The notes beneath the pieces are model-generated. The model was not told the origin of the DNA and made no database searches. It was given only the letters and a program-made list of their open reading frames with translations. A DNA stretch of 64,000 bases, taken from positions 960,001-1,024,000 of the forward strand of contig CBDBCZ010000019.1 of assembly GCA_965203295.1 (NCBI GenBank), in the 5' to 3' direction. The position numbers and the translations under genes are program-made. Below are positions 1-9,301 of the stretch, in pieces. Position 1 is the first letter of the stretch. Every line of letters begins with the position of its first letter. Origin of the DNA: Nitrospirales bacterium (lineage in GTDB: Bacteria; Nitrospirota; Nitrospiria; Nitrospirales; UBA8639).

Positions 1-275
1 ATGGCTGTTTTCCATTTTCCGTCTACTGTTTCTAAGGTGAACCCATTTTTCCCCCATCCGGCTCTTACTGGAAATTCTTCTTTCAGACGCTTTTCTTGCT
101 CCTCGGCCTTCTTTTCTTCTGCGGCCTGGACTTTGATCCAGTCTTCCTTCGTAATGACGCCCTTTTCTCGCAGGATGTCAGTTAACGACTCTCCAAAGGC
201 TGAAGAAACGGTCAAAGAAAAACCCACGAACATAGACCAGGCGAGTACTTTCTCCCATCCCTGACCTCTTTGCAT
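1..275 (-). CDS. Phosphate-selective porin OprO/OprP-like, 5' part (runs off window)
   Basis: Not in the ORF track. Minus-strand ATG at 275 with GGAAGGA RBS reads MQRGQGWEKVLAWSMFVGFSLTVSSAFG-ESLTDILREKGVITKEDW...GWGKNGFTLETVDGKW: signal peptide plus porin-type N-terminus. Lies downstream of pstB and is preceded by Pho-box-like repeats. Confidence 0.65.
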   Translation of the reverse strand, partial: MQRGQGWEKVLAWSMFVGFSLTVSSAFGESLTDILREKGVITKEDWIKVQAAEEKKAEEQEKRLKEEFPVRAGWGKNGFTLETVDGKWKTA

Positions 276-363
276 TCTTTATTCCTTCCAAACAAGAAAT
301 TACTAATGGTTTCAATCACATTCAAAGTCGTCCTTTTTTGTGAAATCAGCATAAGCAAGGTTC

Positions 364-425
364 GTTACGAGGAGGTTACGAGAGGGTCAAAGAAGGGTAA
401 ATTGTGCGGAAATTGTGAAAAATTA
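364..425 (-). promoter_or_regulatory. Pho-box-like / OmpR-family tandem direct repeats upstream of porin
   Basis: GTTAC(364), GTTAC(375), GTCAA(386), GTAAA(397) at an exact 11-bp period, plus TTGTG at 402 and 413 (also 11 bp apart). Confidence 0.6.
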
Positions 426-481
426 GGCTCAGAAGAAGAGGAAAGCTATGGATAAGGAGAGAATAGGCGAGATGGTTTGGA

Positions 482-1324
482 TTAGCCCCGAACCCCTTTG
501 ATATATGCAGTGGTGACGGCTTCCTGGGGGTCTTCAAAAAAACGGCGGCATGCCCCAGATTCGATGAGGCGACCGCATTCACTTTGGATCCAAAACAACG
601 CCACATCATCTGCGATGCGGCGTGCTTGCGCCAAATTGTGCGTGACAATGATGAGGGTGTATCGCCCACGAAGAGAGACGATTAAATCTTCCACTACTCC
701 ACTGGAAAGAGGGTCAAGTGCACTACAAGGTTCGTCCAGCAGGAGTACTTCCGGAGAGAGGATCATGGCTCGTGCAATACAAAGCCGCTGTTGTTGCCCA
801 CCCGATAGACTCAGGGCTGAAGTATCCAGTCGATCTTTAACTTCATCCTACAATCCAATATCGACCAGAGTATGCTGAATGAGATCACGAATTTTTGCTG
901 TATCTTTTTCTCCATGTTCGTTTAAGGGAAGTTCCAAGTTTTTCCGGATTGACAATGGAAAGGGATTGGGTTTTTGAAAAATCATGCCTACCCGACGCCG
1001 AAGCTGAAGGACGTTGGTTTTAGGCGAGAACACCTCGAGGTCTTCCAAGAACAATTTGCCAGAGATATGACAATTTTCGATGAGATCCGTAAGACGATTC
1101 ACACACATCAGAAAACTGGTTTTCCCGCTTCCGGATGGCCCTACAATGGCGGTAATACATCCTTTGTTGATCGTCAGGGAAACTCCTTCAAAGGCCGGTC
1201 GGTTCGCATAGGATAAACTGAGCTTTTCGCTGACAAGAAGCAGGTGTGATTCACAACACGGGGTTCGATTTTCAAAAAGCGGCCAAGTCAAAGGACTAGA
1301 TTCGTCATCATGTGCCTGTTTCAT
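482..1324 (-). pseudogene. pstB: Phosphate ABC transporter ATPase PstB with in-frame TAG
   Basis: [49 protein letters not shown] at 848-850 sits in L*DEVKDRL where Trp (TGG) is expected. ATG 1324 overlaps the pstA stop. Confidence 0.85.
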
Positions 1325-2164
1325 GCCAAGACCAATTTCCGCTGGATCCAAGATTCAGTAATCCATCGGGAGAGGATGTTCAAACACACAAGTATTCCCA
1401 CCAAGACCACAGCTGTCCCATAGGCGTGCTGGTCCCCACCCGGGACGTTCATAGTCAGGTCATAAATATGAATAGAGAGAGCTCGACCGGAATCAAAGAG
1501 TGAGCTTGGCATTCGGTCCATGTATCCACTGGTAAAAATCAATGCGGCGGTTTCTGCGATGGCTCGTCCAAGACCTAATATGAACCCGACTAATAAAGCG
1601 GGAGCCGAAGCTGGAAGAAGAAGATGCCAAAGGGTTGTCGAGCGTGATAGTCCCAGGGCTCCAGCAGAAAGACGGTAATCAAGAGGTACGGCACGAAGAC
1701 CTTCTTCTGTCGTTCGAATCAGAAGTGGAAGAATCATGCAGGCTAACGTGAGTCCCCCGGAAAGGATCGAAAATCCTAGCCCGAGTGTTTGGCAAAAGAA
1801 GGCATAGCCGAATAGACCGAACACAATGGAAGGAACCCCGGCCAAGACATCTAAGCTGCGGCGCACGATTCGACCGAACAGACGGTCTCGAGTGGTAAAT
1901 TCGGCAAGGAAAATGGAAGTCCCGAGCCCAATAGGGAAGGCGACTACCATGCAGACCCCGATGATGAAGGTTGTTGAGACCAATATGGAGCCAATTCCTC
2001 CTTGACGTCCAGCATTCTGAGGAGTCTCAGTGAGGAAGTCCCAAGAAAGGCTTGGAATGCCCTTCCAGGCAATATCTCCCACAAAGCAAAGGAAGAACGT
2101 GGTCACAGAGCCAGACCAGAAAGGTGGGAAGACGTTCAGCCTTGGTGACAAGGTGCCTAGACAT
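1321..2164 (-). pseudogene. pstA: Phosphate ABC permease PstA, probable 5' frameshift
   Basis: LAGVPSIVFGLFG and GRAIAETAAL motifs. The natural-looking ATG at 2164 (MSRHLVTKAERLPTFLVWL) is out of frame with the body (VTTFFLCFVGDIAWKG) near 2105-2110. A TTG start at 2151 would give an intact ORF. Confidence 0.65.
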
Positions 2165-3011
2165 GAACTCGACCTCGGTTGAAGTTGTCAGCTGCTGTGA
2201 TCAGCACAATCACCATGATCAAGAGCAAAAGACCACTCACAAACAACGCCGATCGATGATCACCAATGGCATAGGCCATTTCTAACGCAATATTAGCTGT
2301 GAGGGTTCGGATGGGATCAAACACCGTGCTAGGAGTTTGAACAATGTTTCCACAGACAATCAGAACAGCCATGGTTTCCCCGATAGCTCGACCCGCTTGA
2401 AGAAGCCCTCCAGTAAAAAGTTCAGATCGGGCAGAGGGAAAGATGACTCCACGAATAATGGCCCATCGATCTAATCCCAGAGCAGCCGCTCCGTAAAGGT
2501 ACTTCTTGGGAACCGTTTGAAAAGCGGCATCAGTCGTCAGGGCGAGTGTTGGTAAAATCATGATGGTCAGGATCACAATTCCCGCGAGAAGGCTTGGACC
2601 AGGAGGATGGAATCCACCAATCCAAGGAACCAGCACCATTAATCCCCATAATCCATACACGACCGAGGGAATGCCCGCCAGTAGCTCAATGAAACGCTGG
2701 TACAGCCAAGCTATGGACGGTGGCGCATAGTACTGGGAAAAAAGGGCTGAGGCGATGCTCAGGGGAATGGCCACAAGAATAGCACCACCTGCCGCCAACA
2801 ATGTTCCCCAAACCATAGGCATCACATTGTAGAGGCTCTCAGTTGGGTGCCAAGACGAGTCAATGAAAAAGTGCGCTATTCCCACATGTTGGAGTACGGG
2901 TAGCGCTTCGGTGATAAGAAAGAACAGAATCAACAAGACGATAGTGCCGGCGATGCCAGAGAGACCACGAAGGATCCAACTTAAGAATCGATCACCCTGA
3001 GAATGAGACAA
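2157..3011 (-). CDS. pstC: Phosphate ABC permease PstC
   Basis: IELLAGIPSVVYGLWG and GRAIGETMAV motifs. Probable TTG start at 3011 overlapping the pstS end. Confidence 0.9.
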   Translation of the reverse strand: MSHSQGDRFLSWILRGLSGIAGTIVLLILFFLITEALPVLQHVGIAHFFIDSSWHPTESLYNVMPMVWGTLLAAGGAILVAIPLSIASALFSQYYAPPSIAWLYQRFIELLAGIPSVVYGLWGLMVLVPWIGGFHPPGPSLLAGIVILTIMILPTLALTTDAAFQTVPKKYLYGAAALGLDRWAIIRGVIFPSARSELFTGGLLQAGRAIGETMAVLIVCGNIVQTPSTVFDPIRTLTANIALEMAYAIGDHRSALFVSGLLLLIMVIVLITAADNFNRGRVHV

Positions 3012-3823
3012 AATAATGATTGGTGATGAGATCATGGACCTTTGAAGACTGAGCAAAGTGAATAAAAGCGCCGATCACGCTATGGGGATTCGTCGTCGTG
3101 ACAAGTGAAAGCGGTCTGGAGAGAGGAAAATAGCCTTCTTGGAGCGTTTGAATGGAAGCAGGAGTTTCTCCGAGGGAAAGTAATTTGATGGGGATCTTGT
3201 GCTGCGTCATATTCCGCTGTCCCAATGGAAACATAGGCAATAGCATTCAGGTTGCCCGCCACAGTCTTAATCCCTTGTTCATTGTCGCCAATGATCACGT
3301 GGGCTTTGACTTGGCTATGGGAAAGATTGAAATGCTTCAAAAAGACGTCGAGTGTAGCGCGCCCGTCTGCTTTATGAACAACGGTAATGGGAGCATCGAC
3401 ACTACCAACGTCTTTCCAATTGATGATTTCACCTCGATAAATACCGATGACTTGTGCCTCGTTTAACGCTGTCATGGGATTCGATGCGTGAAAAATGAGC
3501 CCGATGCCATCATGGGCAATCACCGTTCCAAAGAGGTCGCGTTCATGCTCGTTCAGTTGAAGGGAAACCATTCCGATATCGGCTAATCCCTGCCGAACGT
3601 CTGCAATACCGCGAGAAGAGCCGCCGGTTTGGACATCGATCCGCATGCCGGGGTGTTGGGCTTCAAAGCGCTTCCCGATTTCCATGACGAGTGGAGCCAA
3701 GGTACTGGAACCCGTGATGATCAATTTGGTCTTCGGTTGATTGGCTGCGGGGGATTCCTGGCAACTCATGCTGGAAAATGCAAAAGCCGTCACCAAGAAA
3801 ACCTGAAAGAGAAACACCATCAT
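2992..3823 (-). pseudogene. pstS: PstS-family oxyanion-binding lipoprotein, frameshifted
   Basis: ITGSSTL, QTGGSSRG, IAHDGI in ORF 3080..3871. The C-terminus (IPIKLLSL...GYFPLSRPL...FIHFAQS) continues in another frame (ORF 2992..3246) from about 3195. ATG 3823 overlaps the arsR stop. Confidence 0.8.
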
Positions 3824-4146
3824 CGTCGTCTTAGACTTTTTGAACGGGTAGGGAAGGAGAGTTGACAACACCCAAGGTCCAGGGCTTTCCCGGCTGAAGA
3901 ACCCGCGACGCCTTTTGCCAATTGGTACAGAACGGCCTTTCCATCTCGGACCCCATCAACCAACCCAGCTTCCCTAAGTAAGGCCAAATGATGAGAAAGC
4001 AGGCTCTGTTCGACACCCAACTCCTCCATGAGCTCATTGACATGTTTTGGTTTGTTCAACAAGGATTCTAATACGGCTAACCTGGTCGTATCGCCGAGAA
4101 GCTTTAACTTGTCTGCACAGGACGGAGGGTTCGGGGAGGGGCTCAT
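3820..4146 (-). CDS. ArsR/SmtB-family transcriptional regulator with C-terminal GCC
   Basis: LGDTTRLAVL..., QSLLSHHLALLREAGLV winged HTH; DLGCC vicinal cysteines. Confidence 0.9.
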   Translation of the reverse strand: MSPSPNPPSCADKLKLLGDTTRLAVLESLLNKPKHVNELMEELGVEQSLLSHHLALLREAGLVDGVRDGKAVLYQLAKGVAGSSAGKALDLGCCQLSFPTRSKSLRRR

Positions 4147-4176
4147 CTATAAAGAGTCTTCTGATAGCCGTTATTA

Positions 4177-4200
4177 TTACATGAATAATAGTTCATATGA
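4177..4200. promoter_or_regulatory. ArsR/SmtB-type operator inverted repeat
   Basis: acATGAA-taatag-TTCATat about 35 bp upstream of arsR, resembling SmtB/ArsR TGAA-n-TTCA boxes. Minus-strand TTGACA at 4229-4234. Confidence 0.6.
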
Positions 4201-4352
4201 GAAGTTTTTTATGCCTTTTTTCTAAGGATGTCAATTGAAAGTAATTCGGGGGACGAGAAAAATATGTCCAAATGCTGGACGAGGGGAGGCTCAGTCAGTC
4301 AAAATACTCAAGATTGGGTAAACGTGTTATGGTTGTAGAGGGAGGGGCCGTT

Positions 4353-4742
4353 ATGGCGACAGTAGGTCAACTCATGACCCGAGAATTGAGCGTGATTGGG
4401 GAGGAAGCGAGCATTCAGGAAGCTGCACAATATATGCAGACGAACCGTATTGGCTCACTCTTAGTAGAAAAAGGTGGAGGGTATGTAGGAATCATCACAG
4501 AAACCGATGTCGTGAGAGCGGTGGCCGAACAACCCAATCTGAGTGATCTAACTGTTCAGAGTGTGATGTCGAGTCCCATTATATCGATCGATCGTAAGTT
4601 CTCACCCCAATATGCGCGGGATCTCATGGCTGACCGAAGGATCCGCCATTTGGCTGTGACCGAGGAAGGAAAAATCGTGGGGATCATTTCCGTACGAGAC
4701 TTCCTGGCGTATTTCAAAACGGTTTCGAAGGAGATTGAATGA
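4353..4742 (+). CDS. Stand-alone tandem CBS-domain protein
   Basis: IGSLLV..GIITETDVV and IRHLAV..GIISVRD; GGAGG RBS before ATG 4353. Confidence 0.9.
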   Translation: MATVGQLMTRELSVIGEEASIQEAAQYMQTNRIGSLLVEKGGGYVGIITETDVVRAVAEQPNLSDLTVQSVMSSPIISIDRKFSPQYARDLMADRRIRHLAVTEEGKIVGIISVRDFLAYFKTVSKEIE

Positions 4743-4823
4743 TCGGTCAGGGGACTTAAGAATTTCCAACGCCATCGGCAAGAATAACGTCTCAACAAGT
4801 AAATCCTCTCAAAAACTGCCGAT

Positions 4824-6209
4824 TCATTCATTCATTCTTTTCTTTTGATTTGGTTCTAGACTGCCGGCGGCACTGCATCCCGCGATATATCCAGTCGACC
4901 ACGCCCACTGGAAATTGAACCCACCGATGCGCCCGTCACAATCGAGCATTTCACCGATCAGTTACAGTCCAGGAACTTTACGTGAAACCATCGATTGGGG
5001 GTTCACTTCTTGGAGGGGAATTCCTCCTGCAGTGACTTCCGCATAGTTCCAACCGCGGGCCCTCACTACCGGCAGGGGAAGATCCGTCAGGACTTGAGTT
5101 ATGGCGCGACGTTGAGAACGACGCAATTGACTTAAGCCAGTGGATCCCAACTCATCGGATGTGCGTTCCCCTGCGTTTTGGTCAGATTGAGCCTCATGCA
5201 ATGTTCCAATATAGGTGCAGAGGGCTTTTACCACGCGGTTGGGCAATCGTTGTAAGAGTATCGACGCCACGGTCTTCCCCCCGGTGTGGTTAGCGGCATG
5301 CGACAGCCAACGATCAACGGCTTCAAACGACTCACCGGTTAGAAAAGAGACAGAAACTGTAGCCTCCAATGCTTTACCGTTGGCCATGACCCAAAATCGA
5401 CTTGCGTCCAAGACCACCGGCCCACTGATGCCAAAGTGCGTCCAGAGAAGGCTGCCTGATCGCCGATCGACAGTTTTGCCTTGGACTCGGGTGGTCATGG
5501 TGGCTTCATGAGAGATACCTGAAAGTCCACGATGAAAAAATGTGTCATCAAGCACTAGAGGAACCAAAGCCTGATAAGTTGGGGAAACTGTGTGTCCCAA
5601 TCGTTGAGCGATGGACCACCCGTGACCGTCGGATCCGCTCTTAGGCAATGATTGACCGCCTGTGGCCATGATCACCCGTTGAGCTATGATGTGCCCAGCC
5701 TCATGGACTATCCGAAATCCTGTGTCGGTTGGCAGGACATCCTTGACACGATGCTGGGTCATGGCATGGATACCCAGTTCATCACAACGACGAAGAAGGG
5801 TCTGAAGTACGGTGCGGGCCTTGTTGGTTACGGGAAACAGTTTGCCAGTTGCCTCGTGTTTCAATGACACATCTAATGATTCAAACCAGTCGACTGTTGC
5901 TCGTTCGTCAAATCGCTGGAGTACACGCTTGACGATACCGGGAGGACCGTGAAAGTCAGCCGATGTCACCGTTTTGTGTGTCACGTTGCAACGTCCCCTG
6001 CCAGATACCAAAATCTTCGCGCCAATATTGCGCGCACTGTCTAAGAGCATGATCGTGAGATCTGAACGGGTTTGCGCTGCAAATATGCCTGCTGCCAATC
6101 CAGCCGCACCAGCCCCTACGATCGCAATGTCCACATCGGTAGGCATGACGCGTGGCTTTTCAAAATGAGAAGAAGGCAAGGAAGGAATACGGTCTTTGGT
6201 TGGTGGCAC
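4824..6209 (-). pseudogene. HI0933/BaiN-family flavoprotein with in-frame TAA
   Basis: GAGAAG, SGRGRCN, ATGG..P..GSDGHG, THFGISGP, VTAGG. TAA at 4962-4964 ([27 protein letters not shown]) cuts off the conserved C-terminal motif; the frame continues to TGA at 4824. Confidence 0.85.
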
Positions 6210-6258
6210 TCGTGTTCCTGATCATCGCATCGAATTTACCATCTGGTAGAGACTCTTA

Positions 6259-6930
6259 TTAGGCTTTTCCGTAGTAGTCGATCACGATCCATTTAAAGAC
6301 GTCCCTCCCATACCACCCCTTACGACCAAAAAGTTTGCTTTCTTGATATTTTGTCAATTCGGCTTTGGCAATATCAGGACTCTCAACGATGGGTCTTTTA
6401 TGAAACTCTATCTCCGACAGGAATCCTAAAAATCGCTTGGCTAGCGCTTCTTTTTTTAAGCATTTTTCGGCATCTGGGGCTAACGGTTCGTGCGTAAAAT
6501 TCAAAGAATCACCGAAACATAAGGCTTCATGATGAAATGTTAAGATCCTAAAAAGAAAATCGCCTTCGAGATTTTCAATGCTCTTCATCTTTTCTTTCAA
6601 TGCTGCCAACTCAGCGTTTTGTTCCGATACGCCTTCGACCAATTCGACAACCCGATCCGCTGTTTGTTGTACGGTGTTTCTTTGAACCATTTCTGGAAAC
6701 ATTTGGAGCGTCTCTTCTGAAGAGATGTAAGATTTCTTTTCTGACAATTCCTTTTTGAGTTTTGCGATTTCCTGGACAAGATCTGGGTCCGCTGAACTCG
6801 TTTTTTCATGAATAGCTGGTGGCCAGAAGTCAATATGGCGCCCGTCAAAAATTGCAATCGTGAACAAGACTATGACATATGCCGCGACCGCTACGAATAC
6901 CCATTTCGGAACAGTTTTGAGAAAGTCCAT
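6259..6930 (-). CDS. Cassette-like orphan: N-terminal TM, coiled coil, possible C-terminal peptidoglycan-binding-like domain
   Basis: AGGAG RBS; hydrophobic WVFVAVAAYVIVLFTIAIF; heptad-rich middle; AELTKYQESKLFGRKGWYG resembles the PG_binding_1 pattern. Confidence 0.7.
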   Translation of the reverse strand: MDFLKTVPKWVFVAVAAYVIVLFTIAIFDGRHIDFWPPAIHEKTSSADPDLVQEIAKLKKELSEKKSYISSEETLQMFPEMVQRNTVQQTADRVVELVEGVSEQNAELAALKEKMKSIENLEGDFLFRILTFHHEALCFGDSLNFTHEPLAPDAEKCLKKEALAKRFLGFLSEIEFHKRPIVESPDIAKAELTKYQESKLFGRKGWYGRDVFKWIVIDYYGKA

Positions 6931-6947
6931 TTGACGCTCCTTTAATT

Positions 6948-6956
6948 AAGCCTAAC
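6948..6956 (-). other. Integron-type core site GTTAGGCTT before cassette gene 1
   Basis: Complementary to AAGCCTAAT (minus strand 6266-6258), which contains the stop codon of the same gene. Confidence 0.6.
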
Positions 6957-7105
6957 GGTCTCAACGGAGAGTGTTCCGCTTTCTGCCGAGTCAGTTTGTC
7001 ATGAAACGAAGTCAACTCCAGCGAAAGATCCCATCATATACCCTTTCGCTGAGCTTTGCTGTGCGCTTACATTGTTAATCTACCAAACTTTGGGCGGGGG
7101 CTCAC

Positions 7106-7293
7106 CGTGCAACGGAATCTACTTGGTGGGCGTACTTGGGGTCTTCCGATTCAGGATCGAAAGGGTGAGGACGTAAAGCGAACGGAAGGCCGAAACGATG
7201 AAGATCGAGATGACAAACCTGAACGGGTCTGACCACTTTTTTGTTAGGCAAGGCAGTTTTGTGTAGTGCCTGCTCAAAAATAGATATGTCCCC
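7106..7293 (+). mobile_element. Possible decayed RAYT/HUH-transposase 3' end with REP-like terminal motifs
   Basis: Broken frame RATESTWWAYLGSSD..*GRKANGRPKR* followed by AACGGGTCTGACCAC (7222-7236) and AAAAATAGATATGTCCCC (7276-7293). Confidence 0.3.
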
Positions 7294-7318
7294 ATTTTTC
7301 ACCTAGACAGGGATGTTT

Positions 7319-7966
7319 TCACGGATTGAGGATAGTAACCTTGCACAACACATCGTTTTTCTCAAGCAGCGTACGCATCGAATCTGGAGCGCCGCTGGCA
7401 TGGCTGGCTCCTACAATCGCAATCGCCCACATAGGTTGTCTATATGTGAGTGCGTCCAATATGTGAGAGGTGAATTTCAAATCTCGATCAATTGTTTGGT
7501 AGGCCGCATCTGCGGCTATTTCCCAGGATTTTTTGCTCATGGCTTCTAAGACCTCGGTATTCAGTATGGAGGCGTCCTTTGGCAAATAACTTCTGTAGAT
7601 CGCCATTCGATTATAAGCGTAGTCTGTTATCACCGATGAATTGGAAATACTTCGCCCTTGTTCGAGCCAAAGAACTTCGACGTGTGGAAATACTTCCTCA
7701 TGGGTATCAGCTTCAAAGCCCATTGCTTCGGAAAGGGCATTTACAAAGTCCTGAGGTGCGCTGGGCCACTCTTGTTTGGCAATCTGGTGGAGGATAACTT
7801 TCTGTTGCTTGACTTTCTCAAAGATCTCTCTGTCCCACTCGACGGCGATGAAATCGGGCCGTTCACGTTTCTCTGCAGATAGATTCTTTAGCCAGCTTCG
7901 AAGTCTGATCCTGCACAGAGGCTCGAAGTGTAGGATAGCCGTTATTTGTAGTTCTACGGCTAGCAT
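7319..7966 (-). CDS. Cassette-like orphan, TraB/GumN (TIKI/EreA-ChaN superfamily)-like
   Basis: Motif order ITAILH...PDFIAVE...RD..F...I...IAIVGASH matches TraB/PrgY/GumN metal-binding motifs. Confidence 0.6.
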   Translation of the reverse strand: MLAVELQITAILHFEPLCRIRLRSWLKNLSAEKRERPDFIAVEWDREIFEKVKQQKVILHQIAKQEWPSAPQDFVNALSEAMGFEADTHEEVFPHVEVLWLEQGRSISNSSVITDYAYNRMAIYRSYLPKDASILNTEVLEAMSKKSWEIAADAAYQTIDRDLKFTSHILDALTYRQPMWAIAIVGASHASGAPDSMRTLLEKNDVLCKVTILNP

Positions 7967-7990
7967 TCTATCAATAGTAGCGCGTTACGA

Positions 7991-8000
7991 GCCGTCTAAC
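7991..8000 (-). other. Integron-type core site GTTAGACGG before cassette gene 2
   Basis: GTTRRRY 25 bp before the ATG; partial complement CCTGTCTAG just after the stop (7311-7303). Confidence 0.55.
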
Positions 8001-8296
8001 GATTAGCTGTCCGTGAATAACTCGCCCAAAATTAAAAAGCATTTTGAAACCTGTGACGAAACAACTCGATAGAATCTTTTGACGCCTGTACTTCAGCTTT
8101 CACGATCTCCTATGGTGCCATTCTAATATGAAAAGGAGGGTATTCACTTTTTTGGGATCTTTATACGGCCTACTGGAAGAATATGCTGAAAGAAGAGCCT
8201 GCTGAAAGAGTTTCTTCGCCAAAAGAAAAGTAAATTCCCTTTTTCCCAGTCGGTTTGGCGATCCGTCTTAATAGGACTGTTCGCATTCCGGTGCAA

Positions 8297-9283
8297 TCAA
8301 TTGCTCCCCTCGGTTTCAGGCTGAAGATTCTTGAGGATCTCCTGTAACTGCGCGCAGTAATAGTGGCCACTTGTACCCATCATTGGCGTAGCATAGCGGT
8401 ACTTAGGTCGCGACTGGTTAGCAAATTCGAATGTGAAGCGAAGAGAATTGTATAAATGCTCGTCGAGGTAGAGCTCCCAAGGTATATGAATCCTTTCTTT
8501 GATAACTAATCGCACTGAACGATCTATCGCCAGTAACTGGGAAAACGGAAGACCTAAGCTGTTCAGGGATATATGGTTACGTGAGTCTGAGATGTGAATC
8601 AGGGAGTCCTCGTAATACTCATTCGTTCCTTGCGTCAATATCGAATAGATATCTAAGTCGAGCACTTCTCTGTAGATGGCCTGAATATCTTTGATCGTTT
8701 CAATAAATATCTCTGGGCTGTAGGTATACGAGGCATCGCTTTGAAAGTGCCCTACTGTCCAATTGCTTTTCAGCAATAGACTGTCTGCAAACGAAACGAA
8801 CCCCACTTCTGGATTCCGTTGGGTCAGCTTATCGATTGCTTCTCGTAACCGTACCAACTTCTCTCTTGAGAGAGTTCCGCTCTGGAGAGCTTCCTTCACA
8901 CCAATGGCATCGACCATGCAGAAGACATTATAAAATCTCATATGCAGTTGTCTGAGCCAGTCGGATTTCACAAAAATATGTGGCGTCTCGCCGTACCGCC
9001 AACATTCCACACATGTGACAAATTGCTCTTTCGGCAATGATATCGCTACTTCGTGAAAACGAGTAAATATGTTCGGATACCATGATAGGTCTAACGACCG
9101 TTCGTTAATCCCGCGCGCGGCCACGAAACTAACGTAGCCGATGTTCTCGCTCTCATTACCCGCGAAGACACCTAGCATCGATGCTTCGTACTCGTAGATG
9201 TAGCACTCATCCATGAGATAACAATCTCGGTTAAGGGGAACATTTTCGAAAGGGTGCACTTCAAAGTATTCGTGATCGAACAA
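8297..9283 (-). CDS. Cassette-like orphan: unknown N-domain plus divergent class III nucleotide cyclase-like C-domain
   Basis: TTG start with AAGGA RBS; FCMVDAIGVK, FVSFADSLLL, SILTQG, SLGLPFSQLLAID, LYLD pattern. Confidence 0.6.
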   Translation of the reverse strand: MFDHEYFEVHPFENVPLNRDCYLMDECYIYEYEASMLGVFAGNESENIGYVSFVAARGINERSLDLSWYPNIFTRFHEVAISLPKEQFVTCVECWRYGETPHIFVKSDWLRQLHMRFYNVFCMVDAIGVKEALQSGTLSREKLVRLREAIDKLTQRNPEVGFVSFADSLLLKSNWTVGHFQSDASYTYSPEIFIETIKDIQAIYREVLDLDIYSILTQGTNEYYEDSLIHISDSRNHISLNSLGLPFSQLLAIDRSVRLVIKERIHIPWELYLDEHLYNSLRFTFEFANQSRPKYRYATPMMGTSGHYYCAQLQEILKNLQPETEGSN

Positions 9284-9301
9284 TTTTAGCGTCCTTAGTT
9301 T

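Noticed and set aside
364..425. CRISPR array, here or elsewhere in the window
   Set aside because: The repeats are 5-8 bp with no spacers; no repeat-spacer array or cas gene was seen anywhere.
7102..7302. 66-aa minus-strand ORF as a fourth cassette gene
   Set aside because: It starts inside a REP-like motif, runs through a core site, and has no RBS or recognisable features.
7994..8288. Complete canonical attC between cassette genes 3 and 2
   Set aside because: About 290 bp long, L boxes do not pair, and only a short TCGCCAAA/TTTGGCGA stem is found.
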